Below are positions 12,601 through 22,970 of a DNA stretch of 64,000 bases, one piece after another. Every line of letters begins with the position of its first letter. Position 1 is the stretch's first letter. The translations under genes were made by a program, and so were the position numbers. The notes under the pieces were generated by a model. The model was given only the letters and a program-made list of their open reading frames with translations. It did no database searches and was not told the origin of the DNA. The DNA comes from Veleropilina oligotropha. Taxonomy: Eukaryota. The stretch is taken from the NCBI GenBank assembly GCA_048128005.1, contig JBEUKZ010000078.1, positions 248,001-312,000 on the forward strand, given 5' to 3'.

Positions 12601-14918
12601 AATAGTATAAGCAATAATAGTATAAGCAATAATAGTATAAGCAATAATAGTATAAGCAATAATAGTATAAGCAATAATAGTATAAGCAATAATAGTATAA
12701 GCAATAATAGTATAAGCAATAATAGTATAAGCAATAATAGTATAAGCAATAATAGTATAAGCAATAATAGTATAAGCAATACTAGTAAAATGTGGTACCG
12801 TCCTCGATAGCTCAACTGGTTAGACCGTCGGAAAAACGTTATGTGGGATGGTAAGATGTGCGTTCAAGCCCGCTCCGGCCTGGCTTATTCTAAAGTTTAA
12901 AACTTATAGATGGCATATCCCTAACGTATGTCGAACAGATCGGATTGAGACCTTAAACCGGGTGTCCCGACCACGTTAAGGCTGAAAAATAGCAAAAGGA
13001 GTCGTAAAACAAAGTTGTCAACTCAACTAGTACAATGTGGTAGCTTTTCTTTTGCTCTTGCAGAAAAAGGTCCAACCATGGTTACCTGGCCGTATCGCGT
13101 TGTCCAAACAGTCTAGTCGATTTGAACTTCCCATGGATATGAAGATATTAGAAAGTAAGTGAAGAAAATAATAATATTTATCAAAATGCATTCATACACG
13201 TCGTTCTATATCGTGAGTCAACTTTATGAAACTTTGTATTTGCAGAGTAAACTAATTTATTATCTGGAAAAAGGAGCAAATTAATTCAGTCATCATTGAT
13301 ACAGACTTGTAATTACCAATAATGGTCAATGCATGCATAATTTATTAAATTTTGATTAAAATCTCAATGGCATCTTAGCAAATGATGGTAAGCTCGATCA
13401 CCATACATGAGAACCTTTTATCAGATTTACTACCATATCATGCAAACCCTTATCATATTTACTATTGAATGAAAACCCTTATCGTTTTAATTTCAGCGAT
13501 GAGCCCTCAGGAATACCTCCGCCGGTATTGTGTAATCACAACAAGAAGACAGAATCTCTATCATAAAATGTTCCAGCGACATAAAGAGAAAACCGGGTTA
13601 CTATTGTCAAAGGTGTGTTCAAACGTTACTCTGACCGTATGTCAGCTGTTTTTATCAAAGAACTATATTTGATATTTATCAGACAGCCAAAAGATTCATT
13701 GAATTATTCAAATGATTTAAACAATAGAAGTTGATTTTATATCATTGATCGATCTCAACCGCGTTATGACTGAACAAAATTTAATATAGAATACAGTCAT
13801 AATACGAGTAATATAATGTCCGATATCGAAGTCTTCCGGTATATTCAAGATTTTGTAATCTTGTAATCGTTGCTCCTCCAAAACTGTACCTGGTATTGAC
13901 ACTAGAACCTCACTGGTGTAATGAGCATGAATGTGTGGTATTGTCATGCATTGATTTTATACTTATAACTGTAATCTCTCTATAGATCTCTCTCTGTAAC
14001 GCAGTGGTTGGAGTTATCTCCACTAGTTTCTCTTAAAGGGAGATATATGTCTTTGCCCATACAATAAAACTCATATATCTATACTTGATATTGAATAAGT
14101 TTACACAACGTTTTGATGTACCACATGTCATGATATGTTCGTATGAACATCCGTGATTACGTTTTTTCTTTCAGGACTTAGAAAAGGCTTTAAAGGATGT
14201 ACTAACTAACACAATCACTGCTAACCAGATCTCAGAGCTGTCAGACATGTTGGAGATGGACGACAAAACAAAAATAGATTACCGCTTATTCTCCGGGATA
14301 GCCGCACTAGCCGAACGCATCCTGTATCCAAAATACGTGTAAGTACACAATATATTACATCAAGAAAACATACATTTTTATCTATTTCACAACATATTTC
14401 CTTATAAAGGACACTTTCTGATAATCTTTGTTTCACTAGCTTAATCGTTGAGTTTTACTACTTGGTGGTATTTTCTAATCCGAATTCGCTGCCTCCGCAA
14501 TGTGAGTTCCACTTTCAGTAATGAGTTTATCACTCTTTGTAGTATATAATTGATAGAGAAAGGTGGTTTTCTTTGGATATTTCCATGGTTTCCTTCCAGA
14601 ATAATAGTCCATGTTGCAATATTACTCTATTTGTAAAAATTTTGACATATGTGTTCTTTACTTAATTGAAATCATTGTGACGGATTATGGGTATTGTAAA
14701 TGTGACGCTTGAACATTGTTTTGTGTGTAAAGTGGCCTGGACATTATAATTGCGATATATTGTCATATATCTTTCTTCACAGTACGGAGGACACAGCCGA
14801 TATGCCTGAACATCAAAGAGAGAAAATTGAGTGTGCCGACTTTTGTGCCTTGGACTGGAAGTTTCACGGGGTCGACGTTTATCCCCCAGTTCGCAAACTT
14901 TTGAAAGCAATTGGATAA
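3361..14918 (+). CDS. Spliced uncharacterized protein of at least 339 aa (Pro/charged N-terminus, degenerate EF-hand-like C-terminal domain); exons 3361-3638, 10613-10754, 11547-11639, 13064-13154, 13497-13612, 14175-14338, 14783-14918; start codon unresolved
   Basis: All six introns are GT-AG and their phases (2,0,0,1,0,2) join into one open frame of 1020 nt ending at TAA 14916-14918. C-terminal part reads SRFELPMDMKILETMSPQEYLRRYCVITTRRQNLYHKMFQRHKEKTGLLLSKDLEKALKDVLTNTITANQISELSDMLEMDDKTKIDYRLFSGIAALAERILYPKYV...EKIECADFCALDWKFHGVDVYPPVRKLLKAIG. The EF-hand likeness is inferred from helix-loop-helix spacing. Confidence 0.85.
4190..4345 (+). pseudogene. CR1/L2-like LINE reverse transcriptase fragment
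   Basis: Translates QTDIVILDYVKAFDKLSRDNLLVKLDNY, matching the D-F-x-K-A-F-D RT motif context of CR1-type LINEs. Confidence 0.55.
5906..6311. repeat. 29-bp minisatellite, 14 copies (gatcacatcYaacagaagcctcgaagtca)
   Basis: 406 bp = 14 x 29; contiguous near-identical units with no spacers. Confidence 0.97.
6320..6645. repeat. Diverged ~160-bp tandem duplication
   Basis: caataatagtcttgacattaaacaagtttactatt and tactatcctttaatctataaatt each occur twice, about 160 bp apart. Confidence 0.85.
7400..8290 (+). pseudogene. Highly decayed RTE-like LINE (endonuclease relic)
   Basis: VCIPTLSSSYELKDMLYDELSIAMNGVP resembles the RTE endonuclease segment YAPT...KDxFYDxL. The rest is frameshifted and the boundaries are approximate. 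Confidence 0.4.
8307..8880 (-). mobile_element. 3' end of an I/Nimb-clade LINE
   Basis: Minus strand, across frameshifts: RRQEVALNRLRIEH...FLTGEPPPECIPRASNLTVIHTLLNYVDLDPIRQKYF, like the RLRIGH/Zn-knuckle C-terminus of I-group LINEs, followed by a tail ending ccgttaaacatcaattcaatcaat. Confidence 0.65.
9232..9503 (+). mobile_element. SINE family 1 copy
   Basis: Colinear with 1622-1880; ends in a cctttcctttcc tail. Confidence 0.75.
10246..10479 (-). mobile_element. tRNA-derived SINE family 2 (Deu/Nin-domain-like), antisense, ~13-bp TSD tttttaggtttga
   Basis: Reverse complement aligns end to end with 12798-13025 and 43679-43900. It has a tRNA-like head (cgataggtcaactggtt, gggttcaagccc) and the motif gagactttaaaccgggtgtcccg. 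Confidence 0.8.
10613..10754 (+). CDS. Coding exon (AEKTPYVPDFKVP...YFKPDPR)
   Basis: Acceptor gtctttcag, donor gtatgt at 10755, open frame, compatible phases. Confidence 0.85.
11262..11497 (+). mobile_element. SINE family 1 copy (intronic)
   Basis: Shares cactggcttgattccgct, gtgggttcgaatc and caggacatta blocks with the other copies. Confidence 0.75.
11547..11639 (+). CDS. Coding exon (EILDLEMKLQRNFFEMNIPTETAAEEPIKIE)
   Basis: Acceptor atttatag, donor gtgagt at 11640, 93 nt, phase 0/0. Confidence 0.85.
12294..12787. repeat. 15-bp minisatellite (aagcaataatagtat)n, ~33 copies
   Basis: Near-perfect array. The first and last units carry the variant actagta and there is one internal a>g change. 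Confidence 0.97.
12798..13025 (+). mobile_element. SINE family 2 copy with 17-bp TSD
   Basis: TSD actagtaaaatgtggta (12781-12797) / actagtacaatgtggta (13026-13042), one mismatch. Head gatagctcaactggttag; motif tcggattgagaccttaaaccgggtgtcccg. Confidence 0.85.
13064..13154 (+). CDS. Coding exon (KKVQPWLPGRIALSKQSSRFELPMDMKILE)
   Basis: Long pyrimidine tract plus cag, donor gtaagt at 13155, phase 0/1. Confidence 0.9.
13497..13612 (+). CDS. Coding exon (MSPQEYLRRYC...TGLLLSK)
   Basis: Acceptor tttcag, donor gtgtgt at 13613, phase 1/0. Confidence 0.9.
14175..14338 (+). CDS. Coding exon (DLEKALKDVL...ERILYPKY)
   Basis: Acceptor ttttttctttcag, donor gtaagt at 14339, phase 0/2. Confidence 0.9.
14783..14918 (+). 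CDS. Last coding exon (TEDTADMPEH...KLLKAIG*)
   Basis: Acceptor ctttcttcacag, phase 2 completes GT|T (Val), stop TAA. Confidence 0.9.
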
Positions 14919-15616
14919 TTTCATATTATTGGCGCACCTGTTAATAATTTACCTATACAACGTCGTGATCCTTTAATTGTGAGACGCAAGGGTCTAGTAA
15001 AGGAAACCACTCAAAACGAATATTTTATCAGTATAAAAGCGTCCTGGATTGTCTGTTGCATTTCGATTTTTTTGTCCCCGTAACAGCATGGTTATATGGA
15101 TACATGGATCTATTACATGGATATATGGATCTTATTATCATAAGTACCTAAAGATTTCGAATGGTGTATATTCAGAGACTGGCATGATATAAGTTGTAAA
15201 CATTTTGCTAATATATAAAGAAAATAATCTTTATGATTAACAAAATCATGATACTTGTGTATTTTTCCCATTTTCGATGGTTATATTGTGCTAACTGTCG
15301 ACCTTCTTTTCGTTCGTGTAACCACCCAAAGACAGCCAGGCTTATTTGGTAAATTAATAATAAGTGTTGCCCTAAAATTTACCTTATATAACATGATATG
15401 GTAATTGCTTTGGGGCGAAGTGTCTTGATGTCTACCTGGATTGTTTTGACTGGTCATTAGTTCTGAGCAGCTATACCATAGTCATCAAACCATGCAATAT
15501 TAATTTCGAAAGATTTATATGTAAGCCTCTTATATGCTGCGCATAGAAAATTGTAAATTGTTGCTATTATTATTGTTTCATCTTTCCATTTCTCAATATG
15601 ACAATATCAATCTTTT

Positions 15617-15951
15617 GGTGCTCTTTCGGTACTTCCCCACAGATCCGGCTTTTATACATATTTAAGGAGCTCCGGATTTTATTCGTCTTAAATTTTCACA
15701 CTCCGCGTATTATCTGCCTTGTCAATTTCTACTAAAGGCAAATGCAGCTTGCGATAAGATACACGTGATGGGTACGTAGTTGTATGGGCTTTACAAACGT
15801 ATATACACCGGACCGTCCCGTCAGCCTGGACTGACCGAGGTTCACCTGTTGCTAGTCCCCATGGATTTAACATTAACGACGCGGGGATGAAAAACCGGAT
15901 TTCAAAAGTTGAGTAAAAGCCGGAGCTGTGGGGAAGTACCGAAAAAGCGCC
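15617..15951. mobile_element. MITE with ~38-bp TIRs and 8-bp TSD aatctttt
   Basis: Left end ggtgctctttcggtacttccccacagatccggctttta; right end is its near-perfect reverse complement. aatctttt sits at 15609-15616 and 15952-15959. Confidence 0.85.
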
Positions 15952-17759
15952 AATCTTTTTTCGTTGCATACTTTGTTGATTGGCGATTGTAAATATAGAA
16001 TGTTTTGCCTAACTGCCAATTTTTCAATTACAAAGGATTATTAAGACAAATTGTTAAGTGTTAAATTATATTACCAACTTAAAAATAAGCTTATTGGCAA
16101 GGAAAGAGACTAGCGATTATTTCGGTACCCAACATTCACTGTTCTATGGGCTTCACTTTGCTTTGGGGCTAACACGTAGAGCAAAAATAGTTCTGTCCAT
16201 TTTCGGTATTATGTGTCTGCAAGAACAGACTGGTTATGGTGAATGTTGTAAGGTACAATTGCATCATATATTTATTGTAATTTATTATATATTCAAATGT
16301 ATAATACTTGATAAAGAATATTGCAAATCATGTATGCTATTGTAAATATCATTTTTAATACCTAAAATGCAAGTTGATTGCATTATTTTATGATAACATT
16401 TTCATGTCATGCTTGTGATATGTAATTCATCTCGGGTAATAATTTATTATGTTTAGATTATCATAGCCAATTAAGACTGTGAATTTATATAATTTATAGA
16501 AGGATTTTGATCTTTATATGATATAAGTTACTCTTTTGAAATAGTTTTACAAATTTCAAAATATGTTTTTTATTGTTAGTTACTATGCATGCATTATTAA
16601 GTGGTTCGTACACTGCTGAACTAGTCTCAATAATTATCTATATATGTATAAAGTAGTAATTCTGTTTTTTTTGCGAGTGTGTCGGTTTGTCGTCGACTTC
16701 TGCGCCCGTTCGGGCGGGGGGCAGGCACGTGTGAGAGGGGATAGTTTAATTGGAGGGGGGGGGGTGGATTGAAATTGGCGGGAGAAATATGGGGGATTGG
16801 GGGAGAAATTGGGTGGGGACGGGGGGGGGGAAGTGGGCCGAGAAATGGGGGGATTTCATCCTAATCACCCGTTTGTAAACGGTTGTGCCCACTAGTTTAT
16901 AATAAAGATGTGTCATTTGAAACTTGTATTGGTGCATTGAATAGAAAGTTGGGTATGATTTATCTGAAGCAAAATATATGTACCAAAGCGAATCTCTCTC
17001 TAACGTCAGAAGTCAATAATCGTGATCGGAATAGTTAACTTGGCAAACGAATTATTTTGTTCAGAGTTATCTTTTATCGCGTTGACAATTTCTACTTATA
17101 AAACTAATTTTGTTCGATTAATTTGTGGTGTAAAATTGAGTCGCCCATTTCATCTACGAATTTGAATAGCTATGTTCTAAACAAGTCAACCTATTTTTTA
17201 TGGAATCGATTAGATATATGATATTTATCTAGTGTACCATACCGATTTAACAGTCTTGCTTGTTCCTTATATTCTGAATAAAGTAAGCTAGTAAATTTGC
17301 ATAAAATAATAGATCGCTTTGAGATATGAGATAATGTCTTTGTATTGTCTTACATATCAATTATTTTCACTTGTATATATTGTAAATATTAATTTTATTA
17401 GAAGCAATCACTATTATTTCAATGTACAATATATATTAGGCCTATATTTCTAAACTTTAAAATAAATATTTACAAAATGTAGTTATTTCAAGTTTATTTA
17501 TCTGATGCCTGGTAACCTTGGAACATTATTTTACTTTCAACATGGTACAGATTCTGATGAAATGATATGTTTACGGTAAGTTTGATTTTCTAATACAATA
17601 TTAGTAACTATGTATGCAAATTATATCCTCCTAACACAGCTTGGTAATGCCTAGGCCAAACATACTAGTACACCGATCGCCGTGCGATGGGGGATAATCT
17701 ACGATGTCACGGCTTCTCCGACATCGGAAAAGAATCGTAGGTTTCTGGCAAAAATCTGT

Positions 17760-18080
17760 GCCATAGTCACAAAAGATACGGTGCTTTACGATGTCCCGAC
17801 ATCGTAAGGATATCGTGCGGATGTTCTACGGGCTTCCTACGATCTCTCACGGAATCACAGAGATCATCGATATCCCTGTGGTGATTTTCTGATTTTAAAA
17901 ACCGTGCGATCTATAAAAAATAATAACTCCGCGTTAATAGTTTGCTGACGACCCCACGGTGCCTAAAAATCGGTGAAAGTGTAACCGATGTCCGTAGGAT
18001 GTCGCCGATGTCTACGACATCTTCAAAACACACATCGTATACTGGCGCCGTATCCGCTTACGATGTATTTGTGACTACGC
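17760..18080. mobile_element. Possible non-autonomous Harbinger-like MITE
   Basis: Ends tagtcacaaa / tttgtgacta; CpG-rich interior with many tacga/tcgta motifs. No clear TSD. Confidence 0.35.
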
Positions 18081-18193
18081 AAAATTCGTAGCCTAGACCA
18101 TTTCCTAATCTGCCAGTGGTGACACGGTCGCTATGTCTTATATTCTGGATGAATGGGGTGATTTTTAACCATAATCTCATTGGTGATCTATGA

Positions 18194-20274
18194 AGCCCCA
18201 GTCACACTATATAGATACGACCGGTTGCCGACTTCTGGCAACCAAAAAATCCTGCGACCAACGACAACCACTACCGACCAAAATCGCGAAATTTGCAAGA
18301 AATATTGTTCGGGGATTAGTTGCCGATTGGTTGTACGACAGGTTGCCGAAAGTCGTACGAACATTGTACGATCATCCAATTTTTTAAAAGACATGTCGCA
18401 CACCGTTCGTGCTATTGTCGGAAACAGTTACTGTTCGGCGATAATCGACAACTGGTTGTAGATTTGTCGCCGATGTTCGTACGGTGCTCTGCAATCTTTT
18501 ACCGTTTACTAACAACCTCATGTCTAGGGGTAAGAATATAGGCTGCCTAGAAGAATGTCTCAATATTCCACAAGCTGTTGATGAGGCAACATATCAACAT
18601 GGTTCTTCCAACGCTACCACGACAGCTACAGATGCTGGTATTTATGTTGTAACAGGAAAAAGAGGATGCTGCTGCCGCATTAGCTCTTCTGATGCTCACA
18701 TACGACAGAAGAATAAGGAAAAGGCAAAGAAAGTACTGGATGAGACCATGGATCTCCGGAAGAATACTTTTTTGGTACTAGGAAAATCCCATGTTTCGTG
18801 AGCTTCTGCAGAGGTTAACGACCAGACTGACCAAGTGAAGAAAAACCTTGAAATGTGTACTGAAACTGGCGGTTACTCTTCGCTATCTGGCAACTTGGAA
18901 CAGCTATCACAGCCTGGTCTTTGCCTTCAGAGTTGCTCACAACACTATCTCAGTCTTTGTCTGGGAGGTCTGCGAAGCAATTATTGAAGAGTGCGATGAA
19001 ATGGTGTCCGGTCTTACCACAGAAGATGAATGCCGGCGGTTGAGTGAAAAATTTGGACCCAGATGGAATTTCCACCACACTATAGGTGCCATCGATGAGA
19101 ACATATTGCAATAAAGTGTCCTGCCCGTGGTTGATGCCGATTACAAGTTCATCTGGGTTGATGTGGACGCAAATGGATCATCCTCTGACTGTGCACTGTT
19201 CAACAACTCAGACCTCAAGGCGGGCTTGGAGAATGGTGCCCTTGGACTGCCACCAGGTGATGATAAACACATTCCTTATTTCCTGCTTGGCGACGAGACC
19301 TTTCTGCTGAGCACGTGGTTGATGAAGCCTTATTCAAGTCGTAATATAACAGACGCTGAAAGAATCTTCAACTACAGACTGTCTCGAACCAGCCACATTG
19401 TCGAAAACGCATTCAGTATCCTTGTCAACATATACCGATGCCTACTCACCACTCTTCAACAGGAGCCAGAGACTGTGAATACCCTCCTGTTAGCTTGTGT
19501 TTGTCTCCACAACCTGATGCGTCTGAGGTATTCTTCACGCCAGAATACAGCTTTCGATCGTGAAGCAGATGACCATCAAGTCCTCTTTGGAGCATGGAGA
19601 AATGAGGAGATACTAGAGGAAGTGATGAACGTTAGCGGTACCACTACAGCAACAAGAGAAGACAAGAGACAGCGAGTGTATTTGAAACAATACCACAACA
19701 CTATCGGTTATAAAAGTGCCATGGCAGATAATTATGATCTGAAATTCAGAGATTATAATTGTATTGAAAATATGTAATCTTAAAATTTATTTATTTGCTC
19801 GTCGAGCAGCGAACGAATGAGACTATTTCACGCACTTATGTTTTACTGTCATATCACGTGGTCAGCGAAACGTTCGCCGAGTGGTTGCTGGTTGATCGCC
19901 GAGTGGTTGTCGATGTTGGCGACAGGTTGTTAATTTGTCGCCAATTGGTTAGCGATCAGTTGCTGATGATCGCCGACCAGAAACTACTCGGTAATTGTCG
20001 GCAACCACTGAAGACCAGTCCGAGAACTGTCGCACACTATCTGACAACCGATTAAAGACAAGAAAAAATGTTCCCCGACTAGTTTGGTCGGAAAAAGGTT
20101 GTCGATGCAGCAGCGACAACCTCCTTACGACCAAAATGACAGAACAACCAGTCGCCGAACACTGACAATCTTGTACAGACTACCAACAACCTTTCTACGA
20201 CCTCTGACAACCAACTACCGACCAGTGGTTGTGGGAAGTCGGCAACCGGTCGTATCTCTAGTGTGACTGGGGCT
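18194..20274 (+). mobile_element. PIF/Harbinger DNA transposon with both ends, internally deleted
   Basis: ~40-bp TIRs agccccagtcacacta..agatacgaccggttgccgacttc, 3-bp TSD TGA (18191-18193, 20275-20277), and dense subterminal cgac/gtcg motifs. Confidence 0.92.
18848..19777 (+). pseudogene. Harbinger (HARBI1-like) DDE transposase, disrupted
   Basis: KLAVTLRYLAT...RWNFHHTIGAID, then a frame break/deletion, then VDADYKFIWVDV...GSSSD...LLGDETF...WLMKPY...FNYRLSR...VENAF. Confidence 0.9.
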
Positions 20275-20854
20275 TGAACGAATTTGCGCTATTGCGACAA
20301 CGGTGATTATGCGAAGAATCTACGACAACACGTGAAATTTTGAAATGATGGAATCTTATAGAAAACAGCCGATGTGATGGAGGGACCACGACTCCATACA
20401 CCGCAAACGCCTCCTCTTAAAGGGGCTACTTATTATTTATAATCTAGGACCGTAGGTGTATAACGCAGCAAACAAAATCTCAAAGCTTGAAATGCAATAT
20501 CATTATATGTATTCTTCTTTGAATATATCCAAACAGAGTCGATTACAACGTTATTTACTGATATAACTCATCGCCAATATCGGAATTATAAACCATTATG
20601 GATTAATATGGGAGTATATTACCCAATTAAAACAACTATGCTCGCATAAAGAAAAATCCACCCGCTCCAGTCAGTTATGGACATCTTTGACCATTAATTC
20701 CACAAAGTGCCTGACCGAAGAGGCGAATCCACTCTTGTGCAGCAGAACAACTGGACGGCTCCTAATGCCAACGACAATATGAAGCAACTCCTTTATACGC
20801 CAACATTTTCATGCACCGCCAAAACGTCCAACTAACTCAATGACAGTCGATGAT

Positions 20855-21105
20855 AGCCGTATGATTTCGGTTATGGATTCCGAAAAATCACTGACTTGAT
20901 TCCGCTGACGCGAATAGTAGTGGGTTCAAACCTCGGCAGGGACATTTGTTCAAATTATGAATCACAGTTGTCCGTAACTGCTCGAAGAGGGTGGATTTCT
21001 CTGGGCGACCGGGCTTTCCTCCCGCGATAATATGGACATGTCCTGCTTTGAACCAAATGATGGTTGGAAATATACAGGATATTAAGCATCGATCCTTTCC
21101 TGCCC
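20855..21105 (+). mobile_element. SINE family 1 copy, followed by a short fragment at ~21135-21180
   Basis: Colinear with 9232-9503. Confidence 0.75.
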
Positions 21106-22970
21106 ATTCCTTTCGTAACTGATCGAAGAATGCGCGGACTTTCCTCCCGTGATAATATGGATATGTCCTTGCTTGAATCTGAATCCATCCAATTCAACCA
21201 TTTCGGAACAAGATAAAGACAAGATAAATTTTCAACAGATATCTTTAATATCCTTATTATGTACATCAAAATGTAAAATATATAACAAAGTCAAATAATA
21301 AAATTGCATTAAATAGTCGTTTATATGTACACTATTGTATATTATATAATATTATATAATGATAAATATAATTATAAAATAAAAGATTCTCACAAATTAT
21401 CTGCAGCCACATATTGCGCACACATTTTTATTTTGAATTTAGCTGAAAAATAAGAATGAAAATTTAAAAAATGTAAGTAGCTAACATTATTATATTAAGA
21501 AAATACTAGCACTTTTTGTAAAATCTATAAAATAAACCTTTGAAATAAATAACTATAATATAATATCAATAAGTAAACATTTCTCTAAACTGGTGTCATC
21601 TTTTCTTCACGATGCTCGGTTAGATTGCGCGATTGAAACACACATTTAGAGGTAATATTGGTCTTTAAGTATTCAATACATCGTTTACTATTACGTTACC
21701 AATATCAAGCCATTTTACTATATAATATATACTGACTATAATGCTACACTCTCTTAAGCATGCGCAACCGACTTCGCCAATACTTAAATTACCAGAATTC
21801 TAAATGTTTATTAGAAATGCAAATATGCCACTGTATTATTAGACTGGTGTACTTTGGCGGCTGCGGATATATGTAACGTTATTCACAGGGTAAAATCCGT
21901 ATTTCTTGAGAGAACGGGGCGATTTCTTTGTCCACCCATAACACAAGCCTTCAGCATTTGGCGCCCTCTTTTGCTTCAGCGTCATGCCTAAAATAAGCAA
22001 ATGAAGTAAATATTAGATTAAAATATTAATTTTAATAATATTATTCGTTGCCCATCGTAAAAAATGCAAATAATATCAAATTTTAAATATTTTAGAGTGA
22101 TTTCATTTCTACCTACAACTTCATCCTGACATAAACGATTCCACCCGCCATATTCATGGTCAAAACTGCATATTGACATTCATGTCAATTTTGGCCGTTT
22201 ATCTCTTACATTTACCATATTGGGCTGGTCAGAGAGAACAGGTAACACAGGCACTTTTAATCTTAGATTTGGATAATTTACATAACCAATTACGTCAATA
22301 CCTTTTTTCAAGCTGAGTTCTTTGCGGTTTTGCTTCTTGTACTCTTCGATGACGGTCACGTACACGTTTTCACTATCTACTTCTGTGTTGATGTATTCCG
22401 ATACCAAATGCATCGTATCTGTAACATGAACGTGCATTGAACATGAGATGCAGATACAAATAATAGTCACTGTTCAAACCTTGCAAATGCTAATTCGAAG
22501 AAAGGAGACAAGGCACAAGGGGGCCACAATTCCTTTTGCCATTTCACCGATATATTTTGAAAAAGAAAAGCGAATTACCAATGCCGACCATCTGATATAT
22601 TTTTGGAAAAAGAAAAACGAATTACCAATAGCTACCATCTACCGAATACACACGTGAAATGCAGTAGTGAATCAAAAACACAGTAAGAAAAACTCAACGT
22701 AAACTTTATAATCGTTATGCATACACCGGTAGTTTTACTCTGTGGACCTACATATTCTATAATAGTTGATGGAAGCAAGAACCCAACATTCTAACGTACC
22801 ATGCCAATCAAAGCGCAGAGACTTCTTCTTTTTGCAAATAATTGACACTGCAAATAAAATAATAAGATAATAATCTCAGAAACAGTTCATCCGCCTCAAA
22901 CAGTTCGCGCCACTGTATTACAAAAGGATTGGGCAAAAAGTTGTACAATTTATTGAAGTATTCTTTCCAT

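Noticed and set aside
12241..12815. 189-aa (ISNNS)n and 179-aa poly-Leu/Ile ORFs
   Set aside because: Both are translations of the 15-bp minisatellite inside an intron.
12798..12880. tRNA genes here and at 3030-3106 and 43679-43760
   Set aside because: A/B boxes are present, but there is no cloverleaf and each continues into a SINE body.
17551..17581. 25-nt micro-exon (acag...acg|gtaagt)
   Set aside because: It lies downstream of the stop codon with no partner exons; likely a chance match.
19127..19777. Domesticated HARBI1 gene
   Set aside because: It lies between TIRs with a TSD and is disrupted upstream.
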